Virus record (IMG/VR): IMGVR_UViG_2574179724_000002
Source: a virus
DNA: 64,000 bases
Reading direction: 5' to 3' (one strand)
The position numbers and the translations under genes were made by a program. Position 1 is the stretch's first letter. Every line of letters starts with the position of its first letter. Positions 1 through 9,576 of the stretch are shown here, in pieces. The notes below the pieces were generated by a model. It saw only the letters and a list, made by a program, of their open reading frames with translations. It ran no database searches and had not been told where the DNA came from.

Positions 1-19
1 GGTTAAAATAGCTGATTTT

Positions 20-271
20 ATGAAAGAGATTCAACCGGCGTTGGCTCGACAAGTCGAATTAAAAGACATCATTAAAAAGCATTTGAGAGAACAATTTAAA
101 GAAGATACTAAATATGCTGAAGTTTCAAGCAAGCATTTTACTTTGAAAATGACCAAATCTGAAAGACATTCAGTTGATTCTAAAAAGCTCAAAGCTGATG
201 GTTTGTTTGATAAATATTCGAAGACTAGTCAATCGTTCACATTACGGGAAATGGAGAAAGAAAGTGATTAA
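20..271 (+). CDS. Phage protein, probably the 3' end of a gene starting before the window
   Basis: Frame is open from the window start; abuts the next ATG. Confidence 0.5.
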   Translation: MKEIQPALARQVELKDIIKKHLREQFKEDTKYAEVSSKHFTLKMTKSERHSVDSKKLKADGLFDKYSKTSQSFTLREMEKESD

Positions 272-658
272 ATGCGAGAAATTGAGTTTAGAGTATGGGA
301 TGAAGAACTTAAGCATTATCTAGCCGGTGGAATTTTTCCATATATGGTTAGTGGCTTTATGAGAATTGACAAGAACGTTGTATTTTTGAAATCACAAAAT
401 AACACGGTTATTGAACAATATACTGGTTTGAAAGACAAGAGCGGCAAGAAGAAAATCTTTGAAGGGGATATTTTAGAAAATAAAAAATATAGAAGTATTG
501 TTGAATTTCGAGGTTGTGCATTTTCAGCTAAAGTAATTTTCGACGGCAAGCAAACTAGTCAGTATTTCGATTTAAGAGGAGAGGCTAGCGTATCAAAAAA
601 AGTTGGCAATATTCATGAAAATCAAGAACTTTTAGACACAAGAAAGGAAGTTAAATAA
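272..658 (+). CDS. YopX family protein
   Basis: MREIEFRVWD, IEQYTGLKDK..KIFEGDIL, VGNIHEN.ELL motifs. Confidence 0.9.
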   Translation: MREIEFRVWDEELKHYLAGGIFPYMVSGFMRIDKNVVFLKSQNNTVIEQYTGLKDKSGKKKIFEGDILENKKYRSIVEFRGCAFSAKVIFDGKQTSQYFDLRGEASVSKKVGNIHENQELLDTRKEVK

Positions 659-660
659 TT

Positions 661-1131
661 ATGAAAATTGGAACAGTAGAAGTAAACAGTGGGTTATTAC
701 CAGAGGGCCATGTTGTTTTGAAAGTTGAATCAATCGATACCAGCAAGTATGAGGACTTTGGAAAGTTAAGCATTAACTTAGTTACTAAATCAGGTCAAAA
801 GCATGTTGAGAGATTCCAATTTCAAAAAGCTGATGGTTCTTTAAATGAGGGCGCTCAAAAAGCTTGGAGCTATTGGGTAGGTGTGATTTTAGACCAATGG
901 GGCGCTGGCGAAGCTGATACAGATGAACTAGTAGGTAAATATATTCAAGCTGATGTTGAACATGTTGAATCTGACACTGTTAGCGATAAAACTGGTAAAC
1001 CATTTGTTAATGTTCGCCTGAATAATATGAAGTCAGCAGATGGTTTTGATAGTACTGATGATGAAGAAAATGCAGCACCAAGCCAAAATGATGATGTGGA
1101 AGATGATTTGGACGCCTTGGATGATCTTTAA
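661..1131 (+). CDS. Putative single-stranded DNA-binding protein (DUF669-like)
   Basis: LLPEG.H.LKV start, very acidic C-terminal tail, position before VRR-NUC and primase. Confidence 0.6.
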   Translation: MKIGTVEVNSGLLPEGHVVLKVESIDTSKYEDFGKLSINLVTKSGQKHVERFQFQKADGSLNEGAQKAWSYWVGVILDQWGAGEADTDELVGKYIQADVEHVESDTVSDKTGKPFVNVRLNNMKSADGFDSTDDEENAAPSQNDDVEDDLDALDDL

Positions 1132-1415
1132 TGGGAAAAGAAGCAGTTTTACAGACAAAATGCATGAAGTATCTGAAACAACATCAGATATATGCTGTTA
1201 ATGTTTATGGTTCAGGACGTGCCGCAAAAGGCACTCCTGATATTCTTATATGTTTGAATGGTCAGTTTGTAGCTTTTGAATTAAAAGTTGGCAATAATCA
1301 AATGCAACCTGATCAAGTGATTCATAAAAAGCGAATTGAACGCAGCGGTGGTAAGCAATTTACACCTAGGAGTTTTTCAGAGTTTACAGAAATAATACGT
1401 AAGTTAGGGGGTTAG
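1131..1415 (+). CDS. VRR-NUC domain nuclease
   Basis: GTPDILICLNGQFVAFELK and Q.IH..RI..SGG. Confidence 0.85.
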   Translation: MGKEAVLQTKCMKYLKQHQIYAVNVYGSGRAAKGTPDILICLNGQFVAFELKVGNNQMQPDQVIHKKRIERSGGKQFTPRSFSEFTEIIRKLGG

Positions 1416-1419
1416 AATT

Positions 1420-3367
1420 TTGGAATTTATTATTTTAAATGATAATAAGCAACCAATTCATAAATTCAAAGACCCTAGTCAAACTAAGACAGTCCAAGAA
1501 GTTAAAGACTTTGATAATTATGCAGTAGTCGTACCTAAAGGTTATATTGTGCTTGACTTTGACACGACTGACGATGCTGAAATTATGTTTAACATTGTTA
1601 AAGAACTAAAGTTGAAAAGCAGGGTCTATAAAACTAAACGAGGTTATCATTTCTGGTTTAAATCCAGTATTCAGTTCAAGAACTTCGTTAAAGCTAGGCT
1701 TGCTTGTGGTTTATATTCTGACTGCCGTTCAGGTGTTAATGGCGATAAGCGATCATATGTTGTTTTAAAGAAAAATGGAACCAAACGTCCAGTTGTTAAT
1801 AAAGTCAGCCTAAAAGACTTAGACGAAGTACCGGTTTTTCTAAGACCAGTTTCAACACCTGCTGACAAATTTAATTTTAAAGAAATGTCAAATGGTGATG
1901 GTCGGAATCAACAACTATTTAGTTACATTGTCTATCTACAGGGGCAAGGATTTAAAAAAGATGAAATCAAAGATACTATTCAAGTAATTAATGATTTTGT
2001 TTTTGATGATCCACTTGGTGAGCATGAGTTAAGTCAGATTTTGCGTGATGAATCATTTAAACCTGAAAAGGAAGTCAAAAAAATGACTTCTAAGAAAATT
2101 AGTGGGTTTAAGCATAACGTTTTTGGCAATGAATTAATCAAACAATATCATATTTTAACAGTCAATAATCAACTTTATGTTTATGATGATGGTTTTTATC
2201 AGCAAGATGACCGAATCATTGAACGTAAGATGATTGAAATGTTTCCTGGTATCAAACAGACCCAAAGAAATGAAGTTCTAGCCTACATCAGAATTGAAAC
2301 CCATAAGAATCCAGCAGATATTAAGTTGAATCCGTATATCATAAATTTAAAAAATACACGATTAGATGTTAGGACTGGTGAAAAGCTTGATTTTGATTAC
2401 AAACAAACTGAATTTGACCGAATCCCAGTGGTTTATGATCCTGAAGCTTATAATTCTGATGTTGATCATATGCTTGATAAGGTTTTTGCATATGCTTGAT
2501 AAGGTTTTTGTAAATGATCAAGAGATTCGAGAATTATTCGAGGAAATGCTTGGATATTGTTTCATTAAAAACACCAGGTATCGGAAAGGTTTTATGTTTG
2601 TAGGTGGTGGCCACAATGGAAAATCAACTATCTTAGATATGATTAAGAACTTCTTAGGTAAGAGAAACTACTCAAGTATTGGATTAGACGAATTAGCTGA
2701 TAGATTCAAGATTGCTGAATTAGAACATAAATTAGCCAATATCGGTGATGATATCAACAATGTATCTCTCAAGAAAACTGGAACAATCAAAAAGTTGTTT
2801 ACTGGTAATTCAATCACGGTTGAACGAAAAGGCGAGCGACCATTTGAACTAGAACCATATGCAAAAATGATTTTCTCAGCTAATGAGATTCCGCGTTCTT
2901 ATGATAAAACAGAGGGTTTTTACAGCCGCTTAATGTTTATTCCATTCGATGCTGAATTTAGTGCTGATGATGAAGATTATGATCCAAATATTGAAGATAA
3001 GATTACTACCGACAATGCTATGAGTTATCTGTTAAATATCGCTTTAAAAGGTATTCAGCGATTAATGACCAAAGGTGAGTTTACTCAACCGCAACGAGTT
3101 TTAGAAGTCATGAATCAGTATAGGACAGATAACTCAACAACTTTAAGCTGGGTAGCGGACCAAGAAATAACTTTGGAACAAGTTTTAGAAACACCAAGTT
3201 CAGATTTATATTCAGATTTTGCAGATTGGTGTAAACAATCAGGAATCAAAGCTAATAACGTAACTGGTAAAAAGATATTTAACCGAGAATTGATTGATAA
3301 ATTTGATTTAGAAAGACGTCAGAAACAGCATGGTGATGGTAAGCGATACTTTGTTGTTGCTCTTTAA
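1420..3367 (+). pseudogene. Primase-polymerase / P4-D5-family SF3 helicase, split by frameshift
   Basis: N-part (1420-2499) prim-pol with TKRGYHFWF and PriCT-like GDGRNQQLF; C-part with Walker A GGGHNGKST; 22-bp tandem duplication at the break. Confidence 0.8.
2467..2510 (+). repeat. Perfect 22-bp tandem duplication CATATGCTTGATAAGGTTTTTG
   Basis: Copies at 2467-2488 and 2489-2510. Confidence 0.97.
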
Positions 3368-3406
3368 CTGTGTCTGCTGTCTATCCAAAACGGAAGGAAT
3401 ATAAAA

Positions 3407-3694
3407 ATGAAACTAAAATTAGGAAAAATTTATAAACAGGTGGATGAAGAAGGATATTGTTACTTTACAAAATATACAGGTGAAGGCGCAATGAGCATGG
3501 TTAAGGGGGGATTTTTACTCATTGGAAACAATCAAATTGTTCAAGTAGTGTGTGAAAAAAATTCAAATCCAGTATCAGTTATAGATGATAAAGATTTCTC
3601 AGAAGGCAATTTTGATGGTGACACCGCGGGTGCTGGATCTTTAGAAGATATTGAACAACTTTTTAAACACAATTATTTGGAGGAAATGAAATGA
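3407..3694 (+). CDS. Hypothetical phage protein
   Basis: RBS GGAAGGA; ATGA overlap with next gene. Confidence 0.7.
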   Translation: MKLKLGKIYKQVDEEGYCYFTKYTGEGAMSMVKGGFLLIGNNQIVQVVCEKNSNPVSVIDDKDFSEGNFDGDTAGAGSLEDIEQLFKHNYLEEMK

Positions 3695-4143
3695 AAATTC
3701 TAGATGCTTGTTGTGGTTCAAGAATGTTTTGGTATTACAAGCAAGAGCCACACACAACCTACATGGATATGCGAAAAAGTTATGAGCAATTAGCTGACGG
3801 ACACATTATCGACGTTAATCCAGATGTCCAAGGAGATTTTAGAGATATGGACTTTGAGGACAATACTTTTGATTTAGTCGTTTTTGATCCACCGCACCTA
3901 ATTTATGCGGGTAAAACATCATGGTTGGCCAAAAAATACGGAGTGTTGCCTAATACGTGGCAAACAACATTGCTAAGAGGTTTTGATGAGTGTCGAAGGG
4001 TTTTAAAGCAAAATGGTGTGTTAATCATGAAATGGAACGAAGACCAGATTAAGACCACTGAAATGCTAAAAGCTATTGCGGCCAGACCTATTTTTGGGGA
4101 TAGGCGTAGCAAAACAAGATGGTTAGTGTTTTTGAAGGAGTGA
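3691..4143 (+). CDS. Small class I SAM-dependent (probably DNA) methyltransferase
   Basis: ILDACCGSRMFW motif I and DLVVFDPPH motif IV. Confidence 0.85.
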   Translation: MKILDACCGSRMFWYYKQEPHTTYMDMRKSYEQLADGHIIDVNPDVQGDFRDMDFEDNTFDLVVFDPPHLIYAGKTSWLAKKYGVLPNTWQTTLLRGFDECRRVLKQNGVLIMKWNEDQIKTTEMLKAIAARPIFGDRRSKTRWLVFLKE

Positions 4144-4147
4144 TTCA

Positions 4148-4420
4148 ATGCGTATCGAAAAAGGCAGTATTTTAACCAATGTCATGGACATACACGGCAA
4201 AACTCATAAGAAAAGCAAAGTGATTAATGTTTACGATAATACGTTGTGTATAGAAGATTTAGCTGATTTCAGTCATTGCATAGTTCATAAAATAAGTGTT
4301 GGGATGAAACCAATTAAGTACAATCCGAAATATCACCATAATCATTTTAATTTACAAGAAAGTCAACATCAGAAAGTAGCTAAACGATCACCAGTTAGAG
4401 TTAAGAGGTGGGCGTTTTGA
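4148..4420 (+). CDS. Hypothetical phage protein
   Basis: ORF in operon with RBS GAAGGAG. Confidence 0.6.
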   Translation: MRIEKGSILTNVMDIHGKTHKKSKVINVYDNTLCIEDLADFSHCIVHKISVGMKPIKYNPKYHHNHFNLQESQHQKVAKRSPVRVKRWAF

Positions 4421-4905
4421 ATAAATATTATCTTTGCCGAACCTATGATAGCTATCGTTGGTTACTTGAAAGATTAAAAAGAAAATACTACACATGGCCT
4501 TTCCAAAATATTTGGAGTGACTGTGGTAGTAACACAATGATTAGAGTAGATGATGAAACTCGTAGGGCGAGCTACGGAAATTATTTACTGTATTTAACAT
4601 CAGGACTAATCAACGAAAATCCAAAAACTTACATCGAGGTGACTGATTTAATGAATGATGAAAGTATTACGAAACCAACATATTACGCTGGTGACGATGG
4701 AAAGGATTTATTTGATCGTTTTGAAAGTGGATTAATGACACGTCAAGAAACCATTGGTTTTTATAAAGGCAACATTACTAAATACGTAACGAGATATGCT
4801 GAAAAGAATGGTATTGAAGATTTGAAAAAAGCACAGGTTTATCTTGGCAGATTAATTGAATTCGAGAAACTAGCCGAAAACGACGATCGTATTGGAGCTT
4901 TTTAA
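4408..4905 (+). CDS. DUF3310 (SaV-like) domain protein
   Basis: C-terminal GFYKGNITKYVTRYAEKNGIEDLKKAQVYL. Confidence 0.75.
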   Translation: MGVLNKYYLCRTYDSYRWLLERLKRKYYTWPFQNIWSDCGSNTMIRVDDETRRASYGNYLLYLTSGLINENPKTYIEVTDLMNDESITKPTYYAGDDGKDLFDRFESGLMTRQETIGFYKGNITKYVTRYAEKNGIEDLKKAQVYLGRLIEFEKLAENDDRIGAF

Positions 4906-4998
4906 AATAAATATAGTTAATTTATTCTTCGAGGTATTAGAAGCGATGTTTTATGGAATTGTGATTTGGTTAATAGCTGAAAATTGGAGGAATCGTAA

Positions 4999-5541
4999 AT
5001 GACACTGAAAGCTGGCGACAAATTAGTTTTGAAAATTGATGATGAACAGGCAGCTGAATTAAATGCTAGCTCAAACACTATCATCATTAGCAGGCAGATT
5101 TTAGGCAAGCTGTCTAAATTTACTAAGCCGGAGAAAATTAGGTTCAGTGAAGCAGAGAAAAAGGAATTTGATGAGCTATATAAAAAACTATTTTTAAGCT
5201 ATTCAAGTAGTGCCTACCAAGCTATACGTTTCTTAGTTGAGTCTAACAACTATCCAGAATTAAACGCACGTGTCGCTGGTTCTTTTGACAAGCAGATGGA
5301 CTTATTAAATAGTCTTCGCAACCCATCGCTTATTGAGGTTGTGAAAGAGAAAAAATACTACATCAAAATTTTAGGTGAGTATTATTTAGAGCAAGATGAA
5401 TATGATAATTTCCGCATCGTATATAAGCCTAATGCCAGTCAGTTCACTCAATCAGAAATAGACAAATTACAGAAATTGCCGAAATTTAAAGCAATCGACT
5501 TAGAAAAATGCAAGGAGGAAATTGCACATGATATTCACTGA
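4999..5541 (+). CDS. Phage protein, DUF1642-like
   Basis: EVVKEKKYYIKI and FTQSEIDKL motifs; RBS GGAGG. Confidence 0.55.
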   Translation: MTLKAGDKLVLKIDDEQAAELNASSNTIIISRQILGKLSKFTKPEKIRFSEAEKKEFDELYKKLFLSYSSSAYQAIRFLVESNNYPELNARVAGSFDKQMDLLNSLRNPSLIEVVKEKKYYIKILGEYYLEQDEYDNFRIVYKPNASQFTQSEIDKLQKLPKFKAIDLEKCKEEIAHDIH

Positions 5542-5923
5542 TAAATATGGGAAACAAATAACTGTATCAATAAATAGGACAAACATTGAGCTTTTAAATT
5601 CTGGAAGTGAGGAAAGGTTAGATTTCGATTTAGAAAATATAGACATCTTGAAGTTCCTTTACATGGCAGCAAAAAAAATTTGGAAGGACTTCACTCCCAA
5701 ACCAGCTTGGTCAGATTCATCAGATTACTATGCTTATTATGACAAAAGGTTTGATAGCGAAGGTGGCTTAGCTATAATGAGGGGACTGAGGAGTACCCAG
5801 CTAGTTATTGATAAGCCTTGTGGGTCAGAAAAAGTATGCTACAGGTTTAACAAGACACGTTGTGAAACATTTATTTACGATGTTATTAAATTGGTTCCAA
5901 AGTGGGAGTTGGAAAATGAATAA
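5522..5923 (+). CDS. Hypothetical phage protein
   Basis: ORF overlapping neighbours, RBS AGGAGG. Confidence 0.6.
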   Translation: MHMIFTDKYGKQITVSINRTNIELLNSGSEERLDFDLENIDILKFLYMAAKKIWKDFTPKPAWSDSSDYYAYYDKRFDSEGGLAIMRGLRSTQLVIDKPCGSEKVCYRFNKTRCETFIYDVIKLVPKWELENE

Positions 5924-6152
5924 TGCAAAAATAATTATAAAAACGGTTAGAGAAACGTTTGAATCCCCCTGGTTTCAAAAGGACGATGATTTTTTAAGAG
6001 GCATTGATGCGATAAAGGCTTATATAAAAGGAAATATTTTTTCTCGTAGAAATAAAATACTTTATATCACAATAAACGACCAAACAATTTCTTTTCTTAG
6101 GAAAGATTTTGTTGAGCTAAAGATTATTGACGAGGTGGGGGTTGAAAAATGA
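5916..6152 (+). CDS. Hypothetical phage protein
   Basis: ATG at 5916 after GGGAG; overlaps previous stop. Confidence 0.55.
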   Translation: MNNAKIIIKTVRETFESPWFQKDDDFLRGIDAIKAYIKGNIFSRRNKILYITINDQTISFLRKDFVELKIIDEVGVEK

Positions 6153-6445
6153 AAACTAGATCAGACCTGCTGGCTAATCTCGGAGAGCTTAACGGATATT
6201 ACGACCAGTTACAGATTTTTCAAGCAACAGACGTAACGTATACACAACAGGAAGTTCGACAAATTTTAGCTGCACCAACCGAGGAACAGATGAAATGTGG
6301 GTTCTGTCATGCGCCTTTAAGCGGAAGAGAGTGGTCAAAACTAGAATACTGCAATGAATTGCGCAAACACAGCAACTTGTGTGGAGACGTTTTAATTTAT
6401 GTAAACTTTTGCCAATTCTGTGGCAGAAAGCTAGGGGATGAGTAG
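6149..6445 (+). CDS. Hypothetical protein with CxxC pairs
   Basis: CGFC and FCQFCGRKL. Confidence 0.6.
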   Translation: MKTRSDLLANLGELNGYYDQLQIFQATDVTYTQQEVRQILAAPTEEQMKCGFCHAPLSGREWSKLEYCNELRKHSNLCGDVLIYVNFCQFCGRKLGDE

Positions 6446-6446
6446 T

Positions 6447-6518
6447 ATGTGGGTATCAATATGTTTAATTGCTTTTATGATCTTATGCGGTTGGATTGTT
6501 TATCTGGACAAGAGGTGA
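6447..6518 (+). CDS. 23-aa hydrophobic peptide MWVSICLIAFMILCGWIVYLDKR
   Basis: Read by eye; RBS GGGGA; fills the gap between genes. Confidence 0.45.
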   Translation: MWVSICLIAFMILCGWIVYLDKR

Positions 6519-6525
6519 AGCAACG

Positions 6526-6960
6526 ATGAGTAAGCGAAATAAGAAACGTTCAGTAATTAAAAAGAAACACCGTCGCATGAAACAACACGAGTTGAATCAT
6601 CAGCAAGCAGCTATCCAAGCCAAAAAGGATCGTCACAAGAAATTAGTAAATTATGTCCGTTACCATTTACGAGTAGGTAATTTTAGTGTAACTACTGCTT
6701 CTGAAAAATTAGGTGTTGACAAGCACACTATCTACGATGTTTTACGTCAGCCACAGTTCGCTAAACTTTATCAACGATTAATGATCGACAGAAAGAAATT
6801 GATATTTGAAAACGGTGTAGACGGTCGTACTATCGAATATGTAAACATTGATGAAGCTGTTGAAAAAACTGGATATGCTGCTAGTACAATTCGAGAAGCT
6901 TTGTATATGAAAAAAACTTTAGGTCAGTTTAAAGTTTATCGTAAAATGAATAGTAATTAA
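6526..6960 (+). CDS. Basic HTH-like DNA-binding protein
   Basis: ASEKLGVDKHTIYDVL and EAVEKTGYAASTIREAL helix-turn-helix-like segments; RBS GAGGTG. Confidence 0.55.
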   Translation: MSKRNKKRSVIKKKHRRMKQHELNHQQAAIQAKKDRHKKLVNYVRYHLRVGNFSVTTASEKLGVDKHTIYDVLRQPQFAKLYQRLMIDRKKLIFENGVDGRTIEYVNIDEAVEKTGYAASTIREALYMKKTLGQFKVYRKMNSN

Positions 6961-7008
6961 TAAAAATTCATTTTATCAATAGTATTAAATAGTTTATTTA
7001 AAAATGTT

Positions 7009-7326
7009 CATAACAAAAAGTATAACAGAATCTATAACATAATCTCGTTTTTGTTATTTAGATTTTGTTATTTTAGAAAATCAGCAATATTGGTCTAGAC
7101 AACTTTTTGTTATAAAAAAGACGATTTTGTTATTCTGTTATGATTTTGTTATAGATTTTGTTATAGAAAAACGTTGATTTACCGGTTATAACAGAACTTC
7201 ATAACACAATCTCTATATATTTTCTTTATTTATAAGTAATATATAGTAGGTGAGTATAAAGTAGTTATGTTAGAGGGTAAATTAAATATATATGGGAGTT
7301 AGAAAAGTTTTTGTTATTTTGTTATA
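7009..7326. repeat. AT-rich array of TGTTAT/ATAACA repeats, putative replication origin of prophage 1
   Basis: More than ten copies in both orientations within a non-coding gap downstream of the replication module. Confidence 0.65.
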
Positions 7327-7345
7327 TTTCGAGTGAGGTGAGATT

Positions 7346-7774
7346 TTGACAAGCAATGATGATGTATTTCGAATGAATAAAGGATATTTAATAAAATACA
7401 GAATAATCATGAATAAGGTTGATCGCTGGGAAGAAAAATTATATCGACTTGATTCAAGGATTAATTCAATTCAAAGTCCGGCATTAAAAGCTGAACCAGG
7501 TAGTTCGATTAAAATTACTCTTGATGATTTATTAATTCAGAAAAAAGAAATTGAAGAACGGATTAATAACTTTTTAAAAGATGCTAGAAAGCTAAGAACT
7601 GAAATTGAAAATGCTTTGGACAAACTAGAAAACAATAATGAAGCTAGAGTTTTGGATTTGTACTTTCTTGAAGGAATTACATTGCATGATATTTCTAAAC
7701 TGATGACGTTTTCTGAACGGCATATCATTAGACTTTACGTCAGTGGTGTTAGAAAAACAAAACTTTCATTATGA
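7346..7774 (+). CDS. ArpU/RinA-like late transcriptional activator (DUF1492-like)
   Basis: EARVLDLYFLEG.TL.DI..LMTFSERHI.RL, directly before terminase. Confidence 0.75.
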   Translation: MTSNDDVFRMNKGYLIKYRIIMNKVDRWEEKLYRLDSRINSIQSPALKAEPGSSIKITLDDLLIQKKEIEERINNFLKDARKLRTEIENALDKLENNNEARVLDLYFLEGITLHDISKLMTFSERHIIRLYVSGVRKTKLSL

Positions 7775-7888
7775 CATTACAAGGTCATTTAATTGACTTA
7801 TTTTTTAGTGAGATAGTTATACTTGGATAATCGATTAGGGAATGTATATAATTTATATATTCCTTTTTAATTTGGGGAAGGTGGTGCT

Positions 7889-8308
7889 ATGAATAAAAGA
7901 TTAACAGTTAAACAAAAGAAATTTGCTGATGAATATATTATTTCTGGTAATGCCACCAGTGCAGCAGTAAAAGCTGGTTACAGCAAAAACTATGCACATA
8001 CGAATGATAATAAGCTACTACAAAATACTACCGTTAAAAGTTATCTAACTAATAAGCTAAAAGAACTCGATAGCGCAAAAGTTGCTGACATGAAAGAAGT
8101 CATGGAGTATTTAACATCTGTATTACGTGGAGAACAGACTGAAACAGTAGCAACTGCTAAAGGGCTTTATGATGATGTGGAAGTATCAGCTAAAGATAGA
8201 ATTAAAGCTGCTGAATTAATTGGTAAACGCTATGGCGCTTGGACTGATAAGAAAGAAATAAATGGTGATTTAACAATTGATATCGGGGTTGGTGATTACG
8301 ATGACTAA
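7889..8308 (+). CDS. terS: Terminase small subunit
   Basis: LTVKQKKFADEYIISGNATSAAVKAGYS; KDRIKAAELIGKRYG. Confidence 0.92.
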   Translation: MNKRLTVKQKKFADEYIISGNATSAAVKAGYSKNYAHTNDNKLLQNTTVKSYLTNKLKELDSAKVADMKEVMEYLTSVLRGEQTETVATAKGLYDDVEVSAKDRIKAAELIGKRYGAWTDKKEINGDLTIDIGVGDYDD

Positions 8309-9563
8309 GATTAATTTGAGTTTTCCTAAGCCTGGCCGAGTGTTTAATCGTCAAATTTATGACAATCTATTTGATTATAGTCGATTCATTGAAGTTTGGT
8401 ACGGAGGAGCATCAAGTGGTAAATCTCATGGTGTTGTTCAAAAAGTAGTTTTAAAATCATTGCAGCCTTGGAAACATCCTAGAAAAGTACTTTGGTTGCG
8501 AAAGGTTGATCGAACAATTAAGGAATCAATCTTTGCTGATGTTCTTGATTGTTTAGGTACTTGGAAAATATTGGCATTTTGTAAAGTGAATAAGTCAGAC
8601 CGAACCATTGAATTACCGAATGGCTCGGTTTTTTTGTTCAAAGGAATGGATGATCCTGAAAAAATTAAGTCTATTAAAGGCTTATCTGATGTGGTGATGG
8701 AAGAAGCATCTGAATTTACGATTGATGATTATACTCAACTTACTTTGCGACTTCGTGAACCGAAACATAAACAACGTCAATTATTTGCAATGTTTAATCC
8801 AGTGTCTAAATTGAATTGGACTTACAAGCAATGGTTCAGCGAAGATGCTCAAATAGATACGAAACGAGTTGTAATTCATCATTCAACCTATAAAGATAAT
8901 AGATTCTTAGATAAAGATAATATTGCAACTATTGAACGCTTGAAAGTTACTAATCCAGCTTATTACAAGATTTATACGCTTGGTAAGTTTGCAACATTGG
9001 ATAAGTTAGTATTTCCAGTTTATAAAACTCAACGATTACACGTGGATCAGCTGCAAGATATACGAAGTTTATTCGGTCTTGATTTTGGTTTCGTTAACGA
9101 CCCATCAGTATTCATTCACGTTAAAGCCGATATGAGAAATCTAAAGCTTTATATCCTTGAAGAATATGTAAAAAAAGGGATGCTCAATAATGAGATTGCA
9201 AATGTAATTAAAGACCTAGGATATTCCAAAGAAGTGATTACAGCTGATGCAGCAGAAAAGAAATCAATTGAAGAAATTAAGCGTAATGGAGTTAGTCGAA
9301 TTAGACCAGCTACAAAAGGTCCAGATTCAGTTATTCAAGGAATTTCATTTTTACAACAATTTGAAATTATTATTGATGATCGTTGTGTTAAAACGATTGA
9401 AGAAATTGAAAACTACACTTATCAGAAAGATAAAAAGACAGGTGAGTATATTAATAAACCAGTCGATTCATATAATCACTGTTGGGATGCAATTAGGTAT
9501 GCCGTTGAAGAAGTAAACGGTCAAGCAAGACCGAAGTTCAAGACGATTAATATAACAATTTAA
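8301..9563 (+). CDS. terL: Terminase large subunit, PBSX family
   Basis: YGGASSGKS Walker A, MEEASE Walker B, GLDFGFVND, NHCWDAIRYA. Confidence 0.95.
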   Translation: MTKINLSFPKPGRVFNRQIYDNLFDYSRFIEVWYGGASSGKSHGVVQKVVLKSLQPWKHPRKVLWLRKVDRTIKESIFADVLDCLGTWKILAFCKVNKSDRTIELPNGSVFLFKGMDDPEKIKSIKGLSDVVMEEASEFTIDDYTQLTLRLREPKHKQRQLFAMFNPVSKLNWTYKQWFSEDAQIDTKRVVIHHSTYKDNRFLDKDNIATIERLKVTNPAYYKIYTLGKFATLDKLVFPVYKTQRLHVDQLQDIRSLFGLDFGFVNDPSVFIHVKADMRNLKLYILEEYVKKGMLNNEIANVIKDLGYSKEVITADAAEKKSIEEIKRNGVSRIRPATKGPDSVIQGISFLQQFEIIIDDRCVKTIEEIENYTYQKDKKTGEYINKPVDSYNHCWDAIRYAVEEVNGQARPKFKTINITI

Positions 9564-9576
9564 AGGTGGTGAAATA

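Noticed and set aside
2366-2488. N-terminal 40 aa of ORF 2366..3367 as a separate helicase gene start
   Set aside because: Out-of-frame read-through of the primase sequence created by the duplication; no RBS
7009-7326. CRISPR array
   Set aside because: Repeats are 6-11 nt, irregularly spaced and in both orientations; no unique spacers or cas genes
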